Shown here in pieces: positions 29,296-37,153 of a DNA stretch of 64,000 bases; position 1 is the stretch's first letter, and each line of letters starts with the position of its first letter. Below the pieces are notes generated by a model. The model was not told the origin of the DNA. It searched no databases and saw only the letters and a program-made list of their open reading frames with translations. The position numbers were made by a program, and so were the translations under genes. This stretch comes from Simkaniaceae bacterium (GTDB taxonomy: Bacteria > Chlamydiota > Chlamydiia > Chlamydiales > Simkaniaceae). The stretch covers positions 12,529-76,528 of the forward strand of contig JAGOSM010000001.1 in assembly GCA_018062315.1 (NCBI GenBank), written 5' to 3'.

Positions 29296-29907
29296 ATGAT
29301 CTCCTGCTATCTTATTGCCGCAACTTACCTTTTTTCTGAGACTATAAATCAAACAACAGAAGAAACAACATGGAAATATACCGAAGAGGCTGAGGGTGTT
29401 GTCATTGAAGCTACAACACCTAAACACACAACTCGCATCGAATGCACAAAAGAGCTTGAATTTTTACGGATGCTCATCTCTTCTCCATCAAGCACTCTAG
29501 ATATCAAAAAACAGGATACCCGTCTTACAGCGACTGAAATCTCTCCCAAATCAACCACTTCAGAAACTTACCCCCTTAACGGTAAACCCTGGATACAGCA
29601 GCTATGGTTTGGTCTTGTCCCTTTTGTTAAAAAGGGAGACCAAGAGATCAGTTTTTATATCGTTAACCCCGCCTCTTTAAAGATGGTTAAACTCTATGCA
29701 AAAAAAATGGGAACCGAAACCCTAAAGATTAAAGAGACAGAGTATCTTGCTCAAAAAATTCTCCTCTCTCTTCCCGGCTTTCGAGGCCGTTTTTGGAAAG
29801 CACATATCTGGTTTGACACCAAGGAGTTCCGCTTTTTAAAATATGTGGGAAATAAAGGGCCTGGAACAGAAACCTCAACCATTATCTCACTCGGCGAAAT
29901 AAAGTGA
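29296..29907 (+). CDS. hypothetical protein
   Basis: 203-aa ORF. Its stop overlaps the GTG start of the next gene (GTGA). Confidence 0.5.
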   Translation: MISCYLIAATYLFSETINQTTEETTWKYTEEAEGVVIEATTPKHTTRIECTKELEFLRMLISSPSSTLDIKKQDTRLTATEISPKSTTSETYPLNGKPWIQQLWFGLVPFVKKGDQEISFYIVNPASLKMVKLYAKKMGTETLKIKETEYLAQKILLSLPGFRGRFWKAHIWFDTKEFRFLKYVGNKGPGTETSTIISLGEIK

Positions 29908-30569
29908 CTGTCGTTTATTCTTCAGAAAAAGGGTATCTTTGTCCCAAATGCCAAGAAGCTCTCTCTTTATGCCGCTGCCATAAAGGCCCTATTAAAGTAC
30001 GTCTTGAAAAAAATGGACGTGGAGGAAAGGTGGTTTCCATTGTAACCAACCTTCCCCTTAAAGACCTGGATAAAATCGGCAAAGAACTCAAAGTGGCTCT
30101 TGGAACTGGGGGCGCCGTTAAAAATGAGACGATCGAAATTCAAGGGGATAAAGTATCGGCCATTCAAACTTGGCTCATTAAAAAAGGGTATAAATTAGGA
30201 TGTATTCTACTGCTTTGTTTTCTTACCGCATGTTTTAGAGAAGAAAAGCTTGTTTTTCCAGCGCATCCCTCCATTAAGATGATCGGACTCACTTTTTGTG
30301 AAGAGCTCAATAAACCGGGAAGCAACCTCATTTGCAGTACCCCCCTTTTAGAAGAAGAAGCACTTCAACTCTTTAAAGAAGCACTTCCCCTCTTTACGAA
30401 AGCTCCTTATGATCACTTTATGGCCCTTACGTTTTGGGATAAAGAAGTTAACCGGATTGGAAAACCCTATGTCGCTCGCCTTGAACTGCGCGAAAATCAA
30501 ATTTACATTTACTACAAAACCGAAGATAGCGAATATCTCGAGAAAGAAGTTAAAATTGTATCTTTATGA
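29904..30569 (+). CDS. SUI1/YciH translation-factor domain continuous with a lipoprotein-like C-terminal half
   Basis: Residues 1-97 are SUI1-like (CPKC..C.C, VRLEKNGRGGKVVSIV, IEIQGDK). They run without a stop into KKGYKLGCILLLCFLTAC, a signal-peptide/lipobox-like segment, and a further 120 aa. Confidence 0.65.
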   Translation: MTVVYSSEKGYLCPKCQEALSLCRCHKGPIKVRLEKNGRGGKVVSIVTNLPLKDLDKIGKELKVALGTGGAVKNETIEIQGDKVSAIQTWLIKKGYKLGCILLLCFLTACFREEKLVFPAHPSIKMIGLTFCEELNKPGSNLICSTPLLEEEALQLFKEALPLFTKAPYDHFMALTFWDKEVNRIGKPYVARLELRENQIYIYYKTEDSEYLEKEVKIVSL

Positions 30570-31342
30570 AAATTGGCATTGTTGGAGCCACTGGCCTTGT
30601 AGGCAGTTATCTTCTCCCCTTTCTTCAGGGGAAGGGATTTGAAGTCTTTGCCTTTAACCGCTTAAAATTAGAACCCATTCCCTGTGATGCTGTCATCAAT
30701 CTGGCAGGAGAGGCTATCGCTGAAGGAAGGTGGACTGCAAAGAAAAAACAACATATCTTAGAAAGCCGAGTGGAGATAACAAGACAAATTGTAGAAAAGT
30801 TACAACCCCAATGTCTCATCTCAGCATCTGCAGTCGGTTATTATGGGCACCGCCCTCAAACACTTCTCGATGAAAGTTCTCCTAAAGGAACCGGTTTTCT
30901 CTCAGATGTATGCCAGGCGTGGGAAAAGGAAGCTTTTCAAGCACGAGGTCGAGTAGCGTGCCTTCGATTCGGAGTCATTCTTTCCAATCGAGGTGGGGCT
31001 TATGACAAACTCAAACAACCCTTTCGATTTGGATCTGGAGAACACTATATAAGTTGGATCCACCTCCATGATGTCGTTAGGGCAATTTTTTGGATTCTCA
31101 CGCATGAATCCTTAGATGGAGCGATTAATGTGTGCTCACCCCACCCCCTCACCCAAAGACAGTTTGTTGAAACGATCAATGGAAGGAGCTTTCCACTACC
31201 TGCCCCCTTAATTAAATGGGTTTTTGGAGAAAAAGGAGAAGGGCTTCTTCTTCAAGATACAAGAGTCCACCCGTCTCGTCTTTTACATAGCGGTTTTACC
31301 TTTACTTATCCCACCCTGCGCGATGCGCTAATCGAGTTGTAA
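30566..31342 (+). CDS. NAD-dependent epimerase/dehydratase family protein (YfcH / TIGR01777-like)
   Basis: MKIGIVGATGLVGSYL Rossmann start, WTAKKK..ILESRV and SWIHLHD blocks typical of the YfcH family. Confidence 0.7.
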   Translation: MKIGIVGATGLVGSYLLPFLQGKGFEVFAFNRLKLEPIPCDAVINLAGEAIAEGRWTAKKKQHILESRVEITRQIVEKLQPQCLISASAVGYYGHRPQTLLDESSPKGTGFLSDVCQAWEKEAFQARGRVACLRFGVILSNRGGAYDKLKQPFRFGSGEHYISWIHLHDVVRAIFWILTHESLDGAINVCSPHPLTQRQFVETINGRSFPLPAPLIKWVFGEKGEGLLLQDTRVHPSRLLHSGFTFTYPTLRDALIEL

Positions 31343-31958
31343 CAAAGGTCACTGTTTTAGCCCAAGCGTCTTGAGCAGCCTCTTTATTGTATACTTCAGG
31401 ACGAGAGTCATTAAAAAAAGCGTGATTTGCATCGTAAGAATAAAACGTATGTTCTACAGAATCCTTCCTTAATGCCATATCTAATTGATGCACCACTTCT
31501 GGAGTGACAAAGGCATCTCTTGATCCAAAAAAACCGAGTACGGGGCATTTAATTTGATGGAACTTGGGATGGACAGCGCTATGGATACCATAGAAATCGA
31601 CACAAGCACCTATATCTGAGCTAACAGAAGCAGCATAAAGAGCGAGCTGTCCTCCCATACAAAACCCAATCACTCCCACTTGTGACGAGGTGACTGCAGG
31701 ATTTTTCAATAACTTTGAAGCTGCAAGACTCAATTCTTGAGCTGTTTCTTCAATATTCAGAGCCATCATTAAGCGGCCTGCTTCATCCGGTTTTGTCGTT
31801 GTCTTTCCGTGATACAAATCAGGAGCATAAGCAACAAATCCCTCTTTTGCAAATCGATCGACAACAGATTTGATGTGATCTACTACCCCCCACCATTCAG
31901 ACAAAACCAAAATGCCCTTTCCTTTCCCTTGAGGGGGATATGCTAAATATTCCATCAA
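31302..31958 (-). CDS. dienelactone hydrolase family protein
   Basis: Alpha/beta hydrolase with nucleophile elbow GFCMGG, and DLYHGK and HAFFND blocks. Confidence 0.8.
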   Translation of the reverse strand: MMEYLAYPPQGKGKGILVLSEWWGVVDHIKSVVDRFAKEGFVAYAPDLYHGKTTTKPDEAGRLMMALNIEETAQELSLAASKLLKNPAVTSSQVGVIGFCMGGQLALYAASVSSDIGACVDFYGIHSAVHPKFHQIKCPVLGFFGSRDAFVTPEVVHQLDMALRKDSVEHTFYSYDANHAFFNDSRPEVYNKEAAQDAWAKTVTFVTTRLAHRAGWDK

Positions 31959-32009
31959 TCTTCTCCGTGTACTCTATTTATCAAAAAAGATAGGATCTAT
32001 AGCACATCT

Positions 32010-33188
32010 ATGAATTTTCGGTCTAAGATCTCCCTTTTTACGGCCTTTTTCTTCGATTTTTTTAGTTTCTCACTCATGATTCCCCTTCTTCCCATGCTGA
32101 TTTTTGAATACTGTCCAGAAACAAAATACCTAACCTTAGGCTTTCTGCTAGCCTGCTATCCTTTAGCCCAAATGATAGGGGCTCCCTGGCTCGGCAAGCT
32201 TTCCGATCGGACAAATAAAAAACAGATACTCTTGATCGCTTATCTAGGTAATCTCATCGGCTATCTCCTTTCTGCACTTGCCCTTTACACGGGATATATT
32301 GGGTTTTTATTTTTAGGGCACCTCGTTGCTGGAGGCTTAGGAGCGAATATGAGTATGACCTATGCTTTACTTTCGGAAGAATCCTGCCAAAAGAAAAAAT
32401 TTCAATCTTTCTCTTTGACAAGCCTTCTTCTAGCAACAACCTTTATTTTATCCCCCCTCATCTCGAAACAACTTTACCTGCATCTGGGATCCATACAGCA
32501 GGTAGGGATGTTTACACTAGCAATCGCCTCCCTAGCCACCCTTCTGAATATCCTTCTTATTCAATCCATATTTATCCCACCCCCTCTCTCCAAGGAAGAA
32601 ATAATCGAGCCTTGCGAAAAACCGTTGCTCATAAGCACCTTTTTCTTTTTTTTCGCTTGGTATGGATTTATTAAATTTTTTCAAGCTTATGCCCTAGATC
32701 ATTTAGCACTTACTTATGACTCTTTTTGTAATCTTCTCTCTTTGATGGGAATCTCAAGTGCGATCACACAACTGTTCAACTCCCTTTATCACGCCTATTA
32801 TACTCCAACACATCGCATGCTTAAGGGAACCACCTATCTACTTGGGTTAAGTTTCTGTTCTCTTCTTTTAGTGAAAAGTTATGCAATGATAGTCATCATC
32901 ACCTTAATTATAGCCATTAGCCACGCAATTATTTCCCCCTATTTGCTGTACGCATTTGCCAATCTTTCATCTGCAAGAAAAGGGCAAAACATGGGGGGAT
33001 ATCAAGCTATTCAATCTTTGGCTAAAACGCTAGCTCCTCCTATTCTAGGGATAGGGATGACGGTCTCATTACAACTGCCTCTGATTCTCTGCAGTCTTTG
33101 TCTCTTCCTTTCTCCTGCCATTCCTAGGTTACAAATGCGCAGCAATCGCCGCAACGCAGCAGCTTCCTCCAGCACAAAAACAGTATAG
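32010..33188 (+). CDS. MFS transporter
   Basis: 392 aa, multiple TM segments and the MFS motif GKLSDRTNKK. Confidence 0.8.
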   Translation: MNFRSKISLFTAFFFDFFSFSLMIPLLPMLIFEYCPETKYLTLGFLLACYPLAQMIGAPWLGKLSDRTNKKQILLIAYLGNLIGYLLSALALYTGYIGFLFLGHLVAGGLGANMSMTYALLSEESCQKKKFQSFSLTSLLLATTFILSPLISKQLYLHLGSIQQVGMFTLAIASLATLLNILLIQSIFIPPPLSKEEIIEPCEKPLLISTFFFFFAWYGFIKFFQAYALDHLALTYDSFCNLLSLMGISSAITQLFNSLYHAYYTPTHRMLKGTTYLLGLSFCSLLLVKSYAMIVIITLIIAISHAIISPYLLYAFANLSSARKGQNMGGYQAIQSLAKTLAPPILGIGMTVSLQLPLILCSLCLFLSPAIPRLQMRSNRRNAAASSSTKTV

Positions 33189-33533
33189 AGCGATCTGTGC
33201 TACGAGAGAAGCAAGGACAAGTAACATTCCTGTCCCAAACGTCATAGGAAATCCGACAAGCGAAGTGATAGCCACAGCCCCTCCAATGGGGATAACAACA
33301 GAACAAACCTCTTTAAGAAGCTTTTCCCCTGCATAGGAAGGATTGCCTAAACCGATACAGTTGCTCCCTTCCTGAAGTAAGATATGGAAAATGGCCTTGC
33401 TAGCCCCAAAAATGGCAGCAGGAAGAGCCCCAACAGAAGTGAAAAGAACTGCAGCTCCTGATGTGATAAGAGCATCACATCCCACCTCACATAAAGGGTA
33501 GGGGTGGCTTAATTGTTGAGTTACCGGTGTCAT
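33129..33533 (-). CDS. small Gly/Ala/Cys-rich membrane protein
   Basis: 134 aa with hydrophobic blocks and a Cys-rich tail CFCAGGSCCVAAIAAHL. Its 3' end overlaps the convergent MFS gene by 60 nt, so its reality is uncertain. Confidence 0.4.
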   Translation of the reverse strand: MTPVTQQLSHPYPLCEVGCDALITSGAAVLFTSVGALPAAIFGASKAIFHILLQEGSNCIGLGNPSYAGEKLLKEVCSVVIPIGGAVAITSLVGFPMTFGTGMLLVLASLVAQIALYCFCAGGSCCVAAIAAHL

Positions 33534-33600
33534 CTAAAACCTCCAAAAATTTTTAGAAAAAAGATAGTCCTCTTTTTTTTGGATGTCAAATCTTATTAGC

Positions 33601-33629
33601 TTGATTTTGATTCTCTTTTTTTATATACT
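33601..33629 (+). promoter_or_regulatory. sigma-70-like promoter candidate for tRNA-Ser copy 1
   Basis: TTGATT (33601-33606), 17-nt spacer, TATACT (33624-33629), about 20 nt upstream of the tRNA 5' end. Confidence 0.35.
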
Positions 33630-33649
33630 TCCTGTCAGAACTTTTTACT

Positions 33650-33737
33650 GGAAGAGTGGCAGAGTGGCCGATTGCGTCTGTCTTGAAAACAGAAGTCCCG
33701 CAAGGGTCCGTGGGTTCGAATCCTACCTCTTCCGCCA
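33650..33737 (+). tRNA. tRNA-Ser(UGA), copy 1, CCA encoded
   Basis: Acceptor GGAAGAG/CTCTTCC, anticodon stem TCTGT/ACAGA with loop CTTGAAA (anticodon TGA), long variable arm, T-loop GGTTCGAATCC, discriminator G then CCA. Confidence 0.92.
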
Positions 33738-33753
33738 ATGTAACGAATTCGAA

Positions 33754-33781
33754 CCCTTACCCTCCTCCAGGAGGGTAAGGG
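33754..33781. repeat. perfect 12-bp-stem hairpin just 3' of tRNA-Ser copy 1
   Basis: cccttaccctcc tcca ggagggtaaggg. No flanking T-tract, so it is not a canonical terminator. Confidence 0.7.
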
Positions 33782-34048
33782 TATCGATATTACTGTGGGC
33801 TACATAATATGCCCGGCTCTGAATCAACCGATCCCCTTCCACCACACACTCGCTAGGCACCGGCTCCATCTCTATACTTCCCAATAAATTTTTTAACGCC
33901 AAAGCCGCCATCTTAGTATCCCCACCCAAGGTCTCATGCAGCTTATCCAACCGATGCTCCATCCATTCTTTGGCCGGTGTCTTAAAAGCCCCCTTCCTCA
34001 GGGAATTTGCATGAAAAATCACTTGACTCCCAATATCTTGAGTATCGA

Positions 34049-34630
34049 GTAGGATGGGGCTATTAAACCCCCGTCCTCTCACACCACCGTACGTACGGAA
34101 CCGTATACGGCGGTTCATGATCACTATGACCTAGCTAATACCATCTTTTTCATAGATAGATATCCCATTCCTTCGATCACATTATTTGACAAAGCTTTGT
34201 GCATGCCTGGAGTTATAGCCATTCTCCATGGTCCTTTATTAGCATATGCGGTGTTCTTGGCAGTACGTTTCTTGAGTCCTAGTGTTCTCAAGCGTTTATA
34301 CCGTGTTCTGCCGGTCTTCCATTGCCTCCAAAGAATACCTCGTATCTTGCGCCTAATCCATCCATCTAGGTCCTCAAAGATGCCTTGTACTTCTGCTAGT
34401 CCAAAATAATTAGCCCACCCTCTGGTGATTGGCATAATTCGTTTCCGGATGCTCTCCTTCACTTCACTGCCCCTCATCTTCTTTGTGATGCCTTTTATTT
34501 TATCCTTTAAGCGTTTAATTCGGCTTTCGTGGACCGCGATCTTGTAGTTTCCTTTCGTCTTAATGAAAGTAAATACTAAAAATTTGCGATTCTCAGGATT
34601 ATCTACTGCACTTTTCTGCTCGTTGGAAGG
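34049..34630 (-). mobile_element. 5'-truncated group II intron remnant (RT/maturase 3' part plus domains V and VI)
   Basis: Maturase-like ORF, then a domain V-like hairpin (complement of 34084-34113, CCGCCGUAU...GUACGGUGG with an AC bulge). A domain VI-like helix with a bulged A follows, ending ...CCUAC at 34049. Confidence 0.7.
34124..34630 (-). pseudogene. group II intron reverse transcriptase/maturase, N-terminally truncated
   Basis: The frame reads ..SNEQKSAVDNPENRKFLVFTFIKTKGNYKIAVHESRIKRLKDKIKGITKK MRGSEV..ITRGWANYFGL..LDGWIRRKIRGILWRQWK. The finger/palm (YADD) region is missing. Confidence 0.7.
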
Positions 34631-35535
34631 ACGGCACTAGAAAACTCTTCCCCGTCTCTTTTATCTCTGACTCGGGGCTGGCGAACATTGATCGGCCCAA
34701 TGCCCGTGAGAATATCACGCTCAGGGAGATAACCATTTCTGGTGACTAGGCGGTTGTTCATCTCCTCCTTCATCTCAACGATAGTATTCACAAAGCCAGG
34801 AACTGTTAGATTTCGTTTTCTTGCACCAAACTCACTCCCATTATCTGTTTGGATCACTACTTCTTGTAAATTCATTCCAAAGGCCTTCAAGTGGCCAAGG
34901 TAAACTTCGGTTAGCATTTCAGAGTACTGTTCACTATATTCATTAGAAAAAGCTACTATCGTAAAGCCACTTTTCACATCTCGAATTGTATACTCATACT
35001 TTGGAAGAGACCCTTCTTCCATTTGAGGCGAATAGTTAGAGATATCATAGAGGTGCTTAACATCTTCCTGGTGATGAGTGAGACTTTTATATTTGGCCTT
35101 TACCTCTCTTAGATCATTTTTTTTCTGATATTTTTTTCGATGCTTACGCAGGAGTCCTTTTTCTTTTAATATCCGGTAGATCGCTCCTTCTGAAGCCTTC
35201 AATGAGGGATTAAAATACTTCAGCCGCTTTGGTCCATAGCAGGGCATTTCCTTGCGTTTTTCGATAATTTGCTCTTCAACTTCTATCGAGGTTTTAAGAG
35301 GGCTATTGAGGGGGGCTCGACTCTTATTTTGCAGCCCTGTTGTCCCTTGTGCTTCAAATCGTCTGCGCCAAGTTTTGATTGTATTTTTGCTACAGCCATA
35401 TTTTCGTGCTGCTGGCTTATTTCCATGAATCTGTGCATATTGAACAATCTTTTGACGGAATATTATTTGTTCCTTAGAATCCCTATTAAACATACACATC
35501 CCATACGCTGTGGTTGAATTACACTCTGACTTCAT
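34603..35535 (-). pseudogene. chimeric ORF: IS481-like transposase (HTH plus partial rve core) fused to an internal IS256-family transposase fragment
   Basis: N-terminus AARKYGCSKNTIKTWRRRFEAQGTTGLQNKSRAP and core DVKHLYD...IQTDNGSEF lack the final catalytic region. From EMNNRLVTRNGYLPERDILTGIGPINVRQPRVRDKRDGEEFSSAVLP the sequence is IS256-like. Confidence 0.7.
34644..34766 (-). repeat. 123-bp IS256-derived segment, inverted copy A
   Basis: Reverse complement matches 36943-37065 with a single mismatch (gacgGgg vs gacgAgg). Confidence 0.85.
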
Positions 35536-35834
35536 AGCTCCCTCTTTAGTTGTTTTTGGTTAATTAACTAAATGAGTTATAAAGTCTTTTTTTTTAAATT
35601 ATTACTTTCGGCGGCGCGCCCCCCTAGGGGGTGGCCCTTTTCTTTTAGTTATTAAGAAATATTTTTAAATACCTATGAAACTTCTCCTGGTAAATCTCCC
35701 CGAAGCACTTTAATCTTATTTCCTTTACTAGCTCTAGGAGGTCAATATCTAACATTATAGTTCCGATTTAATTAAATTCCTTGATTTTTAAAATGCATTT
35801 AATGTATTATATAGAAAGTATAAAACGAGGTTTT

Positions 35835-36710
35835 ATGTCAGTATTTTCAATTTCAGACGAAGTTTCAATTAATCAATTAATACCTTTATTCTCCTTCCGC
35901 ACCTTAAATCAATTTAGTGAAACATGCTCGGGATATAAAGCCCTGGCAGATCAGGTGTATTCGAAGCTACTAACTGATATAACCCCTTTATTAAATGAGT
36001 ATACATGGCTTAGTGAAATTACGGGTGATACTCCAGCAATAAGAATAGGCTCACTATACAAATCTCTCTTTCGAGAAGGTTTTGATATCATAGATCTATC
36101 TCCAACAAGAGAATCTATAATAAATATTTTAAATAGAGTTGATTTAACAAGAGCTCATCCTGATTATGATATACAGCTTATGTTTATGTATCACCAGATC
36201 CCCGATGCGGATACAACCATTCTGGCAGGGGCTCCAGTAGAACAATCTCGTAACATTCGTAGATGGATGGATGCGAATCGAGCAGCTTTAGCTGAAGTAA
36301 CAACACTGAATTTATCTGGGTTATCTTTAACTACAGTTCTTCACGAACTCGAAATCTATTTCCCTTCCCTACAAACTTTAAACCTTAGAGCTAACAGACT
36401 CACGACGGTTCCTGATTTCTCTCATCTTCCCTCCCTACATACTTTAGACCTTGAAAGTAACAGACTCACGACGGTTCCTGATTTCTCTCATCTTCCCTCC
36501 CTACATACTTTAGCACTCTCAGATAACCGGCTCACGACGGTTCCTGATTTCTCTCATCTTCCCTCCCTACACACTTTACAACTTGCATATAACCAGCTCA
36601 CGACGGTTCCTGATTTCGCCCATCTTCCCTCCCTACACACTTTACTCCTTCAAGATAACCAGCTCACGACGATTCCTGATTTCTCTCGTCTCCCTCTCTT
36701 CGAGATATGA
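35835..36710 (+). CDS. leucine-rich-repeat protein, possible F-box-like N-terminus
   Basis: Five consecutive 22-aa repeats LxTLxLxxNxLTTVPDFSHLPS. Start chosen at MSVFSISDEV (ATG 35835), preceded by GAGG. Confidence 0.75.
   Translation: MSVFSISDEVSINQLIPLFSFRTLNQFSETCSGYKALADQVYSKLLTDITPLLNEYTWLSEITGDTPAIRIGSLYKSLFREGFDIIDLSPTRESIINILNRVDLTRAHPDYDIQLMFMYHQIPDADTTILAGAPVEQSRNIRRWMDANRAALAEVTTLNLSGLSLTTVLHELEIYFPSLQTLNLRANRLTTVPDFSHLPSLHTLDLESNRLTTVPDFSHLPSLHTLALSDNRLTTVPDFSHLPSLHTLQLAYNQLTTVPDFAHLPSLHTLLLQDNQLTTIPDFSRLPLFEI
36369..36698 (+). repeat. five 66-bp near-identical tandem repeats (coding, LRR units)
   Basis: Units start at 36369, 36435, 36501, 36567 and 36633. The core ctcacgacggttcctgatttctctcatcttccctccctaca is repeated almost exactly. 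Confidence 0.9.
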
Positions 36711-36791
36711 TCGAAAGTTGTGGATGAAAGACTAAAAGGAGCATATCCTTCTTGATTTTTCCAGGCAGGAAAAAATCAAACAAAAAGGAAT

Positions 36792-37057
36792 ATGCTCATG
36801 AAGAACTTTACCCTTCCGCAAGTTAAAAATCCATCGGAGATTCCAACTCGTTCTATTCTCGAAGAAGTGATTCGAGATGGAGCCAAGAGAATTCTCCAGG
36901 AAGCAATTGAATATGAAGTCCTTGAATATGTACAGAAATTCAAGGAGATGAACAACCGCCTAGTCACCAGAAATGGTTATCTCCCTGAGCGTGATATTCT
37001 CACGGGCATTGGGCCGATCAATGTTCGCCAGCCCCGAGTCAGAGATAAAAGAGACGA
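36792..37057 (+). pseudogene. IS256-family transposase, N-terminal fragment truncated at the tRNA-Ser copy 2 boundary
   Basis: MLMKNFTLPQVKNPSEIPTRSILEEVIRDGAKRILQEAIEYEVLEYV...RNGYLPERDILTGIGPINVRQPRVRDKRD matches the N-terminal pattern of IS256/mutator-type transposases. The frame runs straight into the tRNA. Confidence 0.7.
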
Positions 37058-37065
37058 GGAAGAGT
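36943..37065 (+). repeat. 123-bp IS256-derived segment, inverted copy B
   Basis: Partner of 34644-34766. Its last 8 nt (GGAAGAGT) are also the first 8 nt of tRNA-Ser copy 2. Confidence 0.85.
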
Positions 37066-37142
37066 GGCAGAGTGGCCGATTGCGTCTGTCTTGAAAACAG
37101 AAGTCCCGCAAGGGTCCGTGGGTTCGAATCCTACCTCTTCCG
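37058..37142 (+). tRNA. tRNA-Ser(UGA), copy 2, no encoded CCA
   Basis: 85 nt identical to 33650-33734. Followed by AAT rather than CCA and then a canonical terminator. Confidence 0.9.
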
Positions 37143-37153
37143 AATAACTAAAA

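Noticed and set aside
33583-33807. ORFs 33583-33807 and 36973-37203 share the peptide SGRVADCVCLENRSPARVRGFESYLFR
   Set aside because: The shared peptide is the translation of the duplicated tRNA-Ser gene, not a protein-coding repeat.
33723-34124. 133-aa ORF on the minus strand
   Set aside because: Its 5' part is the group II intron domain V/VI RNA and its 3' end runs into the complement of the tRNA. At most the middle is a decayed gene remnant, which is reported separately as a weak integrase-like trace.
36369-36698. Regular 66-bp direct repeats, considered as a CRISPR-like or satellite array
   Set aside because: The repeats are contiguous with no unique spacers, are in-frame, and encode canonical 22-aa LRR units within one ORF.
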